Source of the DNA: an uncultured cyanobacterium
GTDB lineage: Bacteria; Cyanobacteriota; Cyanobacteriia; PCC-9006; JAAUQQ01
DNA length: 64,000 nt
Reading direction: 5' to 3'
NCBI GenBank assembly: GCA_963718615.1
Contig: OY970368.1
Coordinates: 2,816,001 to 2,880,000 of the forward strand
Shown piece by piece: positions 30,662-40,886 of this stretch (its first letter is position 1; the number at the start of each line of letters is the position of its first letter). The position numbers and the translations under genes were made by a program. Under the pieces are notes generated by a model. That model saw only the letters and a program-made list of their open reading frames with translations. It was not told where the DNA came from and did not search any database.

Positions 30662-30765
30662 GCAGGTGGTGGCAGCACCGATCGCCAGCATCGGAGGGGT
30701 CCAGATCTCCCCAATCTCGTTCCCCTTTCCCTACTATGGGAAAAGACTGACGATCGCACATCACT

Positions 30766-31983
30766 ATGGATCTCTCCGAAAGCCTCACCATGGCCGTCAA
30801 AACCCTGACGGCTAACAAACTCCGCAGCACCCTAACGATGCTGGGCATCATCATTGGCAATGCCTCCGTCATCTCGATGATCGGGGTTGGCCAGGGGGCA
30901 CAGCGTCTTGCCTCTGAACAGTTTGAGGCCCTGGGTCCAAATGTGTTGTTCATTGTACCCGGTACCCGAGAAGCCCGACGGACAACCTTTGATTTGCCCA
31001 AAACCCTGGTTCTCACGGATGCAGAGGCGATCGCCCAGCAAGTTCCCTCTGTCGAAGCCGTGGCTCCCCAAATTAGTAGCCAATACATCATTAGCTATCG
31101 CGGCAACAATACCTCCAGTAGCGTTGTGGGAACAACCCCAGCTTTTTTGACCGTGCGTAGCTTTGAAATCGATCGCGGTCGCTTTATTACCGACGCCGAT
31201 ATTGAATCGAATAAACAGGTTGCAGCTATTGGTTCAACCCTTGCAAAAACGTTATTTAATGGCGAAGAACCCCTGGGTCAGCAGATTCGCGTGCGCGACA
31301 GTTCCTTTGAGGTGGTGGGCGTGATGAAAGAAAAGGGATCATTTCTTGGGCAAAACCAAGATGATTCGCTCTATCTTCCCATTAGTACGATGGCCAACCG
31401 GCTCGTGGGTCGAACTTCACCCTACGGTACAGAGGTAACCTTTATCTCGGTGTCTGCGAAGAATGAACAGAGCATTAGTGCCGCTCAATTTCAAATTCGC
31501 AATCTGCTGCGGCTGCGTCACAAAATCAAGGCAGAAGATGACTTTAGCGTGGATACTCAGAAAGATATTTTGACGATTGTCAGCACGATTACCGGAGCAT
31601 TGACGCTGATGTTGGCGGCGATCGCCGGAATCTCGCTGCTGGTCGGGGGCATCGGCATCATGAATATCATGCTCGTTTCAGTTTCAGAACGCACCCAGGA
31701 AATTGGCTTGAGAAAGGCGATCGGGGCGACGCAAAAAGATATTTTGGTTCAGTTCATAATTGAAGCTGTTATTCTATCTGCGGCAGGTGGTTTGTTTGGC
31801 ACAATGTTAGGCGTCAGCGGGGTGTTGCTCGTAGGGGCTTTGTCGCCGTTGCAGGCAGCGGTTTCCCCCGTGGCGATCGTCATGGCGGTGAGTATTTCGG
31901 GCGGGATTGGCTTGGCTTTCGGGGTGTTGCCTGCGCAGCAAGCCGCGAAGCTGGATCCAATTGTAGCCCTGCGCAGTATTTAG
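30766..31983 (+). CDS. ABC transporter permease, MacB/FtsX family
   Basis: NKLRSTLTMLGIIIG; ISLLVGGIGIMNIMLVSVSERTQEIGLRKAIGA. Confidence 0.95.
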   Translation: MDLSESLTMAVKTLTANKLRSTLTMLGIIIGNASVISMIGVGQGAQRLASEQFEALGPNVLFIVPGTREARRTTFDLPKTLVLTDAEAIAQQVPSVEAVAPQISSQYIISYRGNNTSSSVVGTTPAFLTVRSFEIDRGRFITDADIESNKQVAAIGSTLAKTLFNGEEPLGQQIRVRDSSFEVVGVMKEKGSFLGQNQDDSLYLPISTMANRLVGRTSPYGTEVTFISVSAKNEQSISAAQFQIRNLLRLRHKIKAEDDFSVDTQKDILTIVSTITGALTLMLAAIAGISLLVGGIGIMNIMLVSVSERTQEIGLRKAIGATQKDILVQFIIEAVILSAAGGLFGTMLGVSGVLLVGALSPLQAAVSPVAIVMAVSISGGIGLAFGVLPAQQAAKLDPIVALRSI

Positions 31984-32011
31984 CAATTGCCAGGAAAATT
32001 GATGGGTTGGA

Positions 32012-33499
32012 TTAATCTGCTGGCACAAAGCGATCGCGAGCAAAATCCCGCAGAGCCTCAATATCTTCCCGTCGCGAAACCGATAGCGGTACCGTTGAGC
32101 GAATTTCTTCCTGCAAAATCGCAGTATTGAGCGCAACCTTGAGATGTAAGGCTCGGTAGAGTCCCGCGACTACAGCCTGCTCGATTTCTGCACCGCTAAA
32201 GCCTTCGGCGGCTTCGATGAGAAGTTGCAGATCAAACTGATCTGGGTCTTGTTTGCGACGATTGAGGTGAATCTTAAAAATCGCCCGTCGGGCTTCTGCA
32301 TCCGGCAGGTCCACAAAGAAAATTTCGTCAAATCTTCCTTTCCGCAGGAGTTCCGGTGGCAACTGAGATAGATCATTGGCGGTGGCGACGACAAATACCT
32401 CTTCCTGCTTTTCCTGAAGCCAGGTGAGAAAGCTGCCAAACATCCGTTGGCTGGTGCCGCCGTCGGTGGATTGGCTGGGGGGACTAAAGCCTTTTTCCAA
32501 TTCATCGATCCAAAGCACCGCTGGAGCCATGGACTCGGCTAAACTTGTGGCGCGGCGCAGGTTCTTCTCTGACTCGCCCACGTATTTGTCATACAACCGT
32601 CCGGCATCGAGCTTGAGCAGCGCCAACCGCCAACTGCGGGCAATCACCTTAGCGGCAAGAGATTTACCACAGCCCTGTACCCCAACGATCAAGATGCCCT
32701 TAGGCGGATTGAGATTGAGGGCCTGAGCCTCGGCACTGAAACCGACCTCCGCTCGCTTAATCCAGTCTTTGAGATTATCAAAACCGCCGATCTCGCTGCT
32801 GTTGTCCTGGGGCGGAAAATATTCGAGTAGTCCTCCTTCCTGCAAAAACTGAATTTTGCGGGCCTGAATGTCTTCTAGATCGCTGGCCGAAAGTTTCTGG
32901 TCTGTGAGCGCAGCGTAGGCGAGGATCTGCCGCGCTTGGTTGATCGTCATGCCGCGCAGGGCATCCAAAATAGCACCGAGTTCGGCGGGGGCTAGGTCAA
33001 TTTGAATTTGCTGTTTGAGATTGAGCGATCGCACCACCGCTTGCAGCACCTCATAGAGCTCATCCCGTGTCGGCATCTGTAAGGCATAGTGAATGGCTAC
33101 CAGTTCATCGGGCACTTGAAGCTGGGCTCCGGTCAACACAATCGAAGCATGGTTCTGACTAAACTGCTGGCTAAGTTCTCGAAACTTCCGCAGGAGCTTA
33201 GCATCCTTGAACTGCTGGCTAAAATCTTTCAGCAAAAAAATTCCTTCAGAGGGAAGCGCCGCCATCTCTTGTAGCAACTGCATGGGATCCTGGGAACCGG
33301 CGATCGCCTCTCCCTGGGGCGATCGCGACAAACCGCGTGTAACCGTCCATTCATACAATGGCAACCGCAAGTCCTGGGCGACGTTTTCCAATAGCGCCGT
33401 GACCCGCTCCTCCTCAATAGTTTCCATCGCGATCACGGAATGAAACGACAAAATCAACGTTTTCAGCTCATGGACACTGGTGCTGGGCATCGCAATCAT
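32012..33499 (-). CDS. AAA+ ATPase, Ycf46-like
   Basis: Walker A GVQGCGKS, Walker B VLWIDE, SRH LLRKGRFDE; degenerate N-terminal AAA domain. Confidence 0.92.
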   Translation of the reverse strand: MIAMPSTSVHELKTLILSFHSVIAMETIEEERVTALLENVAQDLRLPLYEWTVTRGLSRSPQGEAIAGSQDPMQLLQEMAALPSEGIFLLKDFSQQFKDAKLLRKFRELSQQFSQNHASIVLTGAQLQVPDELVAIHYALQMPTRDELYEVLQAVVRSLNLKQQIQIDLAPAELGAILDALRGMTINQARQILAYAALTDQKLSASDLEDIQARKIQFLQEGGLLEYFPPQDNSSEIGGFDNLKDWIKRAEVGFSAEAQALNLNPPKGILIVGVQGCGKSLAAKVIARSWRLALLKLDAGRLYDKYVGESEKNLRRATSLAESMAPAVLWIDELEKGFSPPSQSTDGGTSQRMFGSFLTWLQEKQEEVFVVATANDLSQLPPELLRKGRFDEIFFVDLPDAEARRAIFKIHLNRRKQDPDQFDLQLLIEAAEGFSGAEIEQAVVAGLYRALHLKVALNTAILQEEIRSTVPLSVSRREDIEALRDFARDRFVPAD

Positions 33500-33589
33500 G
33501 GCAGGGGAGGAACCGGTAGAGCCGAGACCGGCGCTTCGCTATGATGGGGGCTCTAGAAAGCACTATAGGCCCAATCGCGCCCGTCGCCC

Positions 33590-34348
33590 ATGACCTTCCA
33601 GCCGCCTGTCTCGCCTCGTTTGTCCGCCGCTCCTGCCCCCAGTGCAGACGAGATTCAGAATCTCTTTAACCGCATTGCGCCGGTTTACGATCGCCTCAAC
33701 GATCAGCTTAGCTTTGGGCTCCATCGGGTCTGGAAGCGCATGGCGGTGGGCTGGGCCGGGGCAAAATCGGGCGATCGCGTCCTCGATCTGTGCTGCGGCA
33801 CGGGGGATATTGCCCTGCTCTTAGCCGATGTGGTCGGTCCGGCGGGTCAAGTGTATGGCGTTGATTTTGCCTGTGATTTGCTCCAGGTCGCGGCCCAGCG
33901 CCAGCGGGCAACAGGGCGATCGCAGCCTATCACCTGGCAGCCGGGAGATGCTCTCAGCTTGAATTTTTCCGATGACTTTTTCGACGCAGCAACCCTAGGC
34001 TATGGTCTGCGCAATGTTACCAATATTCCCAAAGCCCTGCGCGAACTCCACCGGGTGCTCAAACCGGGAGCCAAAGCCGCAATTTTAGATATGCATCGAC
34101 CAACCCAGGAAATCATGCAAGGCTTCCAGCGGTTGTATTTAGATCAATGGGTGGTGCCTGCAGCGACAAGGCTCGGCATGGCCCAGGAGTATATTTATAT
34201 TCACCCCAGTTTGGAGCGGTTTCCCCAGGGGGCGGAGCAGGTGGCGATCGCCCGTTCAGCGGGCTTTATTGATGCGGTTCATTATCCGTTGGTAGGGGGA
34301 TTAATGGGAATCTTGGTCCTACAGAAAGCACGTTATTCGCAACCTTAA
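33590..34348 (+). CDS. ubiE: Demethylmenaquinone/phylloquinone methyltransferase UbiE/MenG
   Basis: FNRIAPVYDRLND, VLDLCCGTGD, GYGLRNV, RVLKPG. Confidence 0.93.
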   Translation: MTFQPPVSPRLSAAPAPSADEIQNLFNRIAPVYDRLNDQLSFGLHRVWKRMAVGWAGAKSGDRVLDLCCGTGDIALLLADVVGPAGQVYGVDFACDLLQVAAQRQRATGRSQPITWQPGDALSLNFSDDFFDAATLGYGLRNVTNIPKALRELHRVLKPGAKAAILDMHRPTQEIMQGFQRLYLDQWVVPAATRLGMAQEYIYIHPSLERFPQGAEQVAIARSAGFIDAVHYPLVGGLMGILVLQKARYSQP

Positions 34349-34382
34349 TCCTTTGAATTGGCGGATTGAGTTGGCGGGTTAG

Positions 34383-34577
34383 TTAATCTTGATCCGTGGG
34401 GCGGGGCGATCGCAGCTGCATAATGGCTTGTCGCGTATTCACCACCTCATCAATCAGCGCCGTATCGCTCCTGACCGAGCGACCAAGGGATTCTAGGTGA
34501 CCGAGCGTGCGAATAAGACCCCATTGCAGACTAGTAATTGTTTCTCGCAGTTCTCGAATTTCTTCCGAGGTATCCAT
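34383..34577 (-). CDS. Small hypothetical protein (64 aa), paralog A
   Basis: AGGAG Shine-Dalgarno; aligns without gaps to the neighbouring small ORF. Confidence 0.7.
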   Translation of the reverse strand: MDTSEEIRELRETITSLQWGLIRTLGHLESLGRSVRSDTALIDEVVNTRQAIMQLRSPRPTDQD

Positions 34578-34839
34578 TAAACATGCTCCTGAGTGAGTGA
34601 AAGACGTACTAAAGAGTGAATCAAGAATCTTATGTGTATTTCGGTCTCTGATGATCTAATTTCAAGATTCCCACTCAGCTGTCTTTGCTACTTCTATAGA
34701 AACATGCGAAAATTACGATTGGCATCCTGATTCTAGCCGATCGCAATTATCTGGAAATGTCGTAGAACTACGGATACTTTAAGGGGCGCTTTAAGAAAAG
34801 TCTATGAAGTCCAGGCGTTACTGCTCGTGAGCGGAAGAT

Positions 34840-35040
34840 TTAGTTTGAAGACTCATTCAAGGGCGGAGACGGTTTAAGATGCATCACAGCTCTGCCAGCT
34901 TTTTCAATGCGCTTCAACACATCCTCATCCACGGCGGCATCTTGTCCGACCAATTCACAGCACTTCAATGTTTCTACTAGCGCCCATTGGAGACTAGTGA
35001 CCACTTCCCTTAGTTCCCTGACTTCTTCCTGGTTATCCAC
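34840..35040 (-). CDS. Small hypothetical protein (66 aa), paralog B
   Basis: GTG 35040 with AAGGA upstream; EEVRELREVVTSLQWAL matches EEIRELRETITSLQWGL of paralog A. Confidence 0.7.
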   Translation of the reverse strand: MDNQEEVRELREVVTSLQWALVETLKCCELVGQDAAVDEDVLKRIEKAGRAVMHLKPSPPLNESSN

Positions 35041-35410
35041 CACCACTACCGTCCTTTGCAAAGAACACGTTTCTTTCAGGTATCCCTGGATTCTACTGTC
35101 AAGTTTGCCCAAACTAGTTCCCCCATTTGGGGGATGCCACTCCATTGCATATTTAATTTCATGCATAAGGTGTCAACAAAGTCAGGATCAAATTGTTTAG
35201 AGCCCTTTTCATGATTCAGAATAGCAGCGTCAGTGGGTAGCGTTCCATGGGTCTAACACGGAATCTTTCGTCTTTTACGGCAACCAAGGATAAATAGTAT
35301 CCGTGTAAGCACGTAATGCGATCGCGATCAGTATCCATAGATGCCCGGAGATCAATTTCCGTACAAATTTGGGCCAACTTGGGCCGAAGGTCGCCGAGGG
35401 ACAACCTATC

Positions 35411-36709
35411 ATGGAAACGGGAGGTTTTCGATCGCCTCTCCATACCAGCTATCTCACCTCTGTTGAGCCGACCTCTTTCGTGGCAATTACTGATCTTTGG
35501 CTGTGGATTGCGCCCCCGCTCGCAGGAGGCATCATTGGCTATTTCACCAATGATCTGGCGATCAAGATGCTGTTTCGCCCCTATCGCCCGATTTATCTGT
35601 TTGGGCGTCGGTTACCGTTTACGCCGGGGTTGATTCCCAGTAACCAGGAACGCCTTGCCCAGCGGATTGCAGACGCCATCATGGGCTCGTTGCTGACACC
35701 CGAGGAATTGCAGAACCTCGCGCGCAAGCTCCTGGAAACTGAACGGCTCCAGCAAATTATTCTGTGGTTGCTGCAGCTAGCCCTCGACCAAATCCAGAAA
35801 CGCGAGGACTCCAAGCCCATTCGGATTTTAGCGGGAATTTTACATGATCTCTTTAGTCAGTCGCTGCCTCGCCTGATTCGAGTGTTGGCGCGGCGAGAAG
35901 ATTTTCTGGAGACCCAGCTCAACCAAATTTTTGACCAGGTCTTGTTAGAGTTTCAACTGAACGAAGCCCAGGCCCATCAAATGGCCACCTGGCTGCTTAC
36001 GGGGGTGTTTCCACCGGATGTGCTTCGCCAGGGACTGGTAGATTTTCTAACGGATCGGAACATCTACGCCATTGATGAGGCGTTTCGCGAAAAAAGCAGC
36101 GGTACCTATTGGGTGGTGGCCAATCTCTTTGGGCTGCGCAATACGCTGACCCGCTTGCGGGCCTATTGCCTAGATGAGCGGGAATCTAGTAACGCCGTGA
36201 TTCAGGAGCTTTGTTCGGTCCTCGACTTAGAGAATCGGGTCCAGGAGTGGCTCGAAAACTTTTCGCTGCAAAATCTGCCCGTGGTGACGGTGCGACAATT
36301 GCGTAAAACCATGCGGGAAACGGTGCGGGAGTATTTGCGCTCTCAGGGGAGTGAGATGCTTCAGGGATTGGGGCAGTCGTTGGATTGGGAGAATATTGCC
36401 AATTTGGTCATCAGTCGGCTCCGCAATTCTCCAGTGTTGGAATCGTCCTTGACCTTAGTGAGCGAAGAGCTGGCGCTAATTTTGGAGCGCTATCTGGAGC
36501 GGGATCTGGAAAAAATTGTGGCTCAGGCGATCCCGATTTTGTCGATTGATGCGGTGATTATGAGCCGGGTGAAGGCAACGCCGCCCCAGGAGCTCGAAGC
36601 TGCGATTCAGGGCATTGTCAAGAGCGAACTTCAGGCCATTGTGAATCTGGGCGGAGTTTTGGGGGTGGTGATTGGTCTGGTGCAGGCGGTATTGATTGGG
36701 CTGCGCTGA
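35411..36709 (+). CDS. DUF445 family membrane protein
   Basis: [37 protein letters not shown]; start uncertain. Confidence 0.9.
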   Translation: METGGFRSPLHTSYLTSVEPTSFVAITDLWLWIAPPLAGGIIGYFTNDLAIKMLFRPYRPIYLFGRRLPFTPGLIPSNQERLAQRIADAIMGSLLTPEELQNLARKLLETERLQQIILWLLQLALDQIQKREDSKPIRILAGILHDLFSQSLPRLIRVLARREDFLETQLNQIFDQVLLEFQLNEAQAHQMATWLLTGVFPPDVLRQGLVDFLTDRNIYAIDEAFREKSSGTYWVVANLFGLRNTLTRLRAYCLDERESSNAVIQELCSVLDLENRVQEWLENFSLQNLPVVTVRQLRKTMRETVREYLRSQGSEMLQGLGQSLDWENIANLVISRLRNSPVLESSLTLVSEELALILERYLERDLEKIVAQAIPILSIDAVIMSRVKATPPQELEAAIQGIVKSELQAIVNLGGVLGVVIGLVQAVLIGLR

Positions 36710-36956
36710 GTGAAGGGTTAGGCCGTGTCAACGGGTGAGAGAGGTGAGGGGTGAGGTGAGGCTGCGATCGCGGGGGATGCGATCGCTTCTTTCGTCTTGC
36801 CCGAACAGGTGTCTGTGAAAATACTTGCATCTCCCACTGCTTGATAGCTGGACATTATTAAGTCTTCATGACAATTGGGGGAGGGGATGTAGCGGAGATA
36901 TAGAAGTTTGCGATTAAAGGGAAATGGCTAACAGGAAATCGTTCAACTCGAATCGT

Positions 36957-39449
36957 TCAACCCAAATGCAGTGGATCTACATCGACCATGAGGCTGACCT
37001 CGGGGGGACAACTTTTACGCAGCACGGCGAGGTCGGGCAGTATCGAAGTTGGAGGTGAGGTATGGGGCGAGGTCGGCAGTTTGAGCAAAATATGCCAGCG
37101 ATAGCGTTGGGCAACACGGGCGATGGGGGCCGGGGCAGGGCCGAGGATGTGGCAGTCTGAGGACAGAAGCAGGGCGAGATGATCGGCTAGGCGATCGGCG
37201 GCGGCCATGACAGCAGCTTCGTCTCGGCTACTGAGTCGTAGCAGAATTAATTGTCCATAGGGAGGATAGCGCAGGGCTTGGCGATCGCTCAGCTCCGTGG
37301 CGAGAAAAGGCCCATAGCGATGGGCTTGGACCGCTGCAATGACCGGATGCTCAGGGCTATAGGTTTGCAAAATTACCCGACCCGGTTCGTCGCCGCGCCC
37401 AGCCCGTCCGGCCACTTGCAGAAGGGTTTGGCAGGCCCGTTCAGCGGCACGGAAGTCGGCCTGATGCAAAAGACCATCAGCAGCGACGATGCCCACGAGG
37501 GTGACCTGGGGTAGATCAATGCCCTTGGTTAACATTTGGGTACCCACGAGCAAATCCGCTCCCCCCTCGGCAAATTGGCTCAGCAGACGACGATGGGCTC
37601 CCTTTTGACGGGTAGTATCGCTATCAAACCGCAGGGCTCGCAATTGGGGAAACAGTTCCCGCAGGGTTTGCATCACCCGCTGGGTACCACTCCCAAAGTT
37701 TTTGAGATAGGGGGACTGGCAGCTAGGGCAGGTTTGCGGATGGGCTTGGACGTGATTGCAATAGTGACAGCGTAGGATGGGGCGGGCGCTGGCGTGGGTA
37801 TGGTGATAGGTGAGCGAAACGTCGCAATGGGGACAGACCAGGGCTTCGCCACAGCTACGGCAGGAGACAAAAGTACTGTGCCCCCGTCGGTGGATAAATA
37901 GCAGTCCCTGTTGTCCTTTGGCTAGGGTGTCGGCGATCGCCTCCTGCAGCGTCCGGCTAAAAATCGAACGATTGCCCTGGTGCAGTTCCTCGCGCAGATC
38001 GACCACCTCGACCGGGGGCTGGGGACGTTGGTAAATCCGCTCGGGCATGGAAAGAGAGACAATACGGGGATCCACCTGCGCCGCCCACCAGGTTTCTGCG
38101 GCGGGTGTGGCGGACCCTAAAATCAAGGGACAATTTTGGGTCGCGGCTCGCCACTGGGCCACCGTCCGGGCATGGTAGCAGGGCATGGGTTGGTCTTGCT
38201 TGAAGCTGCTGTCGTGCTCTTCATCAAGAATAATCAGCCCCAACTGGGGCAACGGCGCAAACACCGCTGAGCGAGTCCCAATCACCACCTGGGGATAGCC
38301 CAGGAGCATCTGCCGCCAGGTGTCGTAGCGTTCTCCCACGGACAGACCGCTGTGATAGACACAAACCCGATCGCCAAACCGTTGGCGAAAGCGATCGGTG
38401 AGCTGGGGCGTCAGCCCAATTTCTGGCACGAGGACGAGGGCGGATTGACCCCGCTGAAGGAGAGGCGCGATCGCCTGCAAATACACCTCGGTTTTGCCTG
38501 AGCCGGTCACGCCATGGAGCAACACCGTTTGATCACGGCTGGAAGACTGACGCTCAGGGTGCGTGAGGGAATGAATTTTTTCTAGGGCTACGGCTTGATC
38601 CGGCGTCAGGGGTTTGGGTTGGTCCGGGGCGATCGCCCCCCCTGTCTCCGCCCGCAGCCGCTCGCGGGTTTGAATTGCCACTAGTCCTTTGGCCTCCAGG
38701 GCCTTGACCACGGAATCACTGGCTTGGCTCTGGGCCAACAAGTCGGGCATCCATAGATCGCCCCCTTGCCGCCGCAAAACATTGAGAACTTCCTGCTGAC
38801 GCGCGGTGAGCGTTGGCATCTCCCTGGACTCCGCCAGCAAAACCACTGCCCGTTGGAGCTTGGGTTGGCAAGTACTGGGCACCTCCAAAAAACTCTCTAC
38901 CCAGCCCCGACGTAGGAGCTCCCGCAGTCCTGCATGGGCTCCTTTAATGTGCTGCTGCAGATAGCGCCAGGTGTAGCCATCCCCTTTGGAGCGCTGAAGC
39001 TGGGTATAAAGGGCTTGGGCCGTGGGGCTGAGGGTTGCGATCGCCGGTTGAATTTCTTCTGGAGACGCGACTGGGGACGCGATCGCCCCCGGCACCAACC
39101 GCACTCGCCGCTGAGATTTGCTCAATAGCTGGGGCGGCAACGCCACCCGAATCACCTGCATTAAGGGCGTGTGGTAATAGGTGGCAACCCGTTCGAGCAA
39201 AACCCAATAGCCCGGTGGGAAAAACCCTCGGGCGCTCACGTCGATAACGGGACGAATGGGCGTATTGGCGAGATCGGGAGGCGGCTGGTGAATGAGATGG
39301 AGGGCGATCGCTCCCAACTGCTGTGCCCCAAAAGGCACCGTTAGAATATCTCCAGGACAGACCGTGAGGGATTCAGGTACAGCATAGGTAAATCGTCCCT
39401 GCGCCCCTGGACAATCCACCAACACTTCAACCCAGGTCGCAACAGTCAT
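36957..39449 (-). CDS. priA: Primosomal protein N'
   Basis: GVTGSGKTEVY, DEEH, two zinc-finger CxxC pairs, QVAGRAGR. Confidence 0.97.
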   Translation of the reverse strand: MTVATWVEVLVDCPGAQGRFTYAVPESLTVCPGDILTVPFGAQQLGAIALHLIHQPPPDLANTPIRPVIDVSARGFFPPGYWVLLERVATYYHTPLMQVIRVALPPQLLSKSQRRVRLVPGAIASPVASPEEIQPAIATLSPTAQALYTQLQRSKGDGYTWRYLQQHIKGAHAGLRELLRRGWVESFLEVPSTCQPKLQRAVVLLAESREMPTLTARQQEVLNVLRRQGGDLWMPDLLAQSQASDSVVKALEAKGLVAIQTRERLRAETGGAIAPDQPKPLTPDQAVALEKIHSLTHPERQSSSRDQTVLLHGVTGSGKTEVYLQAIAPLLQRGQSALVLVPEIGLTPQLTDRFRQRFGDRVCVYHSGLSVGERYDTWRQMLLGYPQVVIGTRSAVFAPLPQLGLIILDEEHDSSFKQDQPMPCYHARTVAQWRAATQNCPLILGSATPAAETWWAAQVDPRIVSLSMPERIYQRPQPPVEVVDLREELHQGNRSIFSRTLQEAIADTLAKGQQGLLFIHRRGHSTFVSCRSCGEALVCPHCDVSLTYHHTHASARPILRCHYCNHVQAHPQTCPSCQSPYLKNFGSGTQRVMQTLRELFPQLRALRFDSDTTRQKGAHRRLLSQFAEGGADLLVGTQMLTKGIDLPQVTLVGIVAADGLLHQADFRAAERACQTLLQVAGRAGRGDEPGRVILQTYSPEHPVIAAVQAHRYGPFLATELSDRQALRYPPYGQLILLRLSSRDEAAVMAAADRLADHLALLLSSDCHILGPAPAPIARVAQRYRWHILLKLPTSPHTSPPTSILPDLAVLRKSCPPEVSLMVDVDPLHLG

Positions 39450-39515
39450 GATATCCGTAGGGAAATTCGCCCTTGATTACCCTCTATCGCCCTCTATCCT
39501 ATCCCACGGCTTTGA

Positions 39516-39878
39516 TTAAGGGAGAAAGCTGTGAATCACGCTGAGTAAGTCATGAATCGAAAAGGGTTTAGCCAGGTAAAAATCCGCACCGGACCCAAGC
39601 CCTTGCTGGGAATCTGCCTGGGAGGCTTTTGCAGAGAGAAAGATAAAGGGAATGGCAGCTAGATTCGCATTTTGTCGTAGTGCGCGCAGAACATCGTAGC
39701 CGCTAAATTCCGGCATCAAGACATCACAAAGAATGAGGTCGGGGCGATGGTTTTCAACCAGAGCAATCCCTTCGCGCCCATCCCGAGCACCTACAGCAAT
39801 AAATCCTTCAGCATCTAGGAGTTCTAAAATATTTTCCCGTACAAAGTCTTCGTTTTCGATAACGATTATTGTTGCCAT
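39516..39878 (-). CDS. Single-domain response regulator (receiver only)
   Basis: IIVIENE, DLILCDVLMP, FIFLSA, KPF. Confidence 0.92.
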   Translation of the reverse strand: MATIIVIENEDFVRENILELLDAEGFIAVGARDGREGIALVENHRPDLILCDVLMPEFSGYDVLRALRQNANLAAIPFIFLSAKASQADSQQGLGSGADFYLAKPFSIHDLLSVIHSFLP

Positions 39879-40438
39879 AGTAACCGATTGATACCCTGAG
39901 TCCTACGGAGAAGTCTGCGAATACTCGATGGATCATGATGCACCTAAACTCAATCGGGGGCTTAAGAGAGCACAGAAAAACATGCCTATCTTAAGACCAT
40001 TTTGGCATTGCAAGCTTTTCTAGGATAATCGAAATTGAAATCCTTAAAAAGCAATTTTAACGAGATTTCAAAGCAACAATAACGCTCTGATCATAGCAAT
40101 TTAAATTGTCAAAGAATTCGACAGGGGATCGGCAGAAAAATCAAGCTGTGTTTAATTTAAAACTCGAAATAAATCGGACAAAATTCACTACTGAATATCT
40201 TTTGATCACTTGGGCGATCGCCCTCGCCATTTCACTTTCACTACAGATCCTCAAAATCAAGGTTTGAGCGCCATTCATCAATCTTCCATCCGCAAGATAG
40301 ACGTATCTTTTTCTGCTAGAAAAACTAACTGATATTTGGACTAACCTCGCAGATTTGCGGCTGCTTTGAGTTGTAAATATCACCTATTTCAGCGATCGAA
40401 ATCGTCCTGTCGTCGGGCCAACTTGCTAAATTTAAGAT

Positions 40439-40855
40439 TTATTCACCCAGAATATGAACGACAACCTGACGCACATGGCCCCGTTGGCGATGTTCCCAAA
40501 TGTAAAGTCCTTGCCAAGTTCCCAGCAGCAGTTGACCGTTGGCGATCGGGATGCTTTCAGAGGTATGGGTGAGGGCTGTGCGAATGTGGGCGGGCATATC
40601 GTCAGGGCCTTCGGTGCTGTGGACGTAATCTGCTTCTTCAGGAACGAGCTTGGCCAAAAAGGTTTTGAGATCCATCAAGACATCGGGGTCAGCATTTTCT
40701 TGAATCAGCAAACTGGCGGAGGTGTGGCGCAAAAAGACGGTGCAAAGGCCCGTGCGAATGCGGGATTCGCGGACCACAGTTGCCACGGCGTCGGTGATCT
40801 CGCAAAGGGATTTACTGGCGGTTTGGATGCGGAGGAGGGTTTGAACTTGTTGCAT
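40439..40855 (-). CDS. yjbQ: YjbQ/UPF0047 family protein
   Basis: HTSASLLIQENADPDV, GPDDMPAHIR, LGTWQG. Confidence 0.93.
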   Translation of the reverse strand: MQQVQTLLRIQTASKSLCEITDAVATVVRESRIRTGLCTVFLRHTSASLLIQENADPDVLMDLKTFLAKLVPEEADYVHSTEGPDDMPAHIRTALTHTSESIPIANGQLLLGTWQGLYIWEHRQRGHVRQVVVHILGE

Positions 40856-40886
40856 GGGAAATTTGAAGTTTTATCAACTCAAGGAT

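Noticed and set aside
30308-33499. DUF4342 + ABC permease + AAA ATPase as one transport system
   Set aside because: The ATPase is a convergently transcribed Ycf46-type AAA+ without an ABC signature; stand-alone MacB-type permeases are common
35041-35166. N-terminal 42 aa of the 108-aa ORF 34840-35166
   Set aside because: Paralog alignment and the SD-like AAGGA point to GTG 35040 as the start
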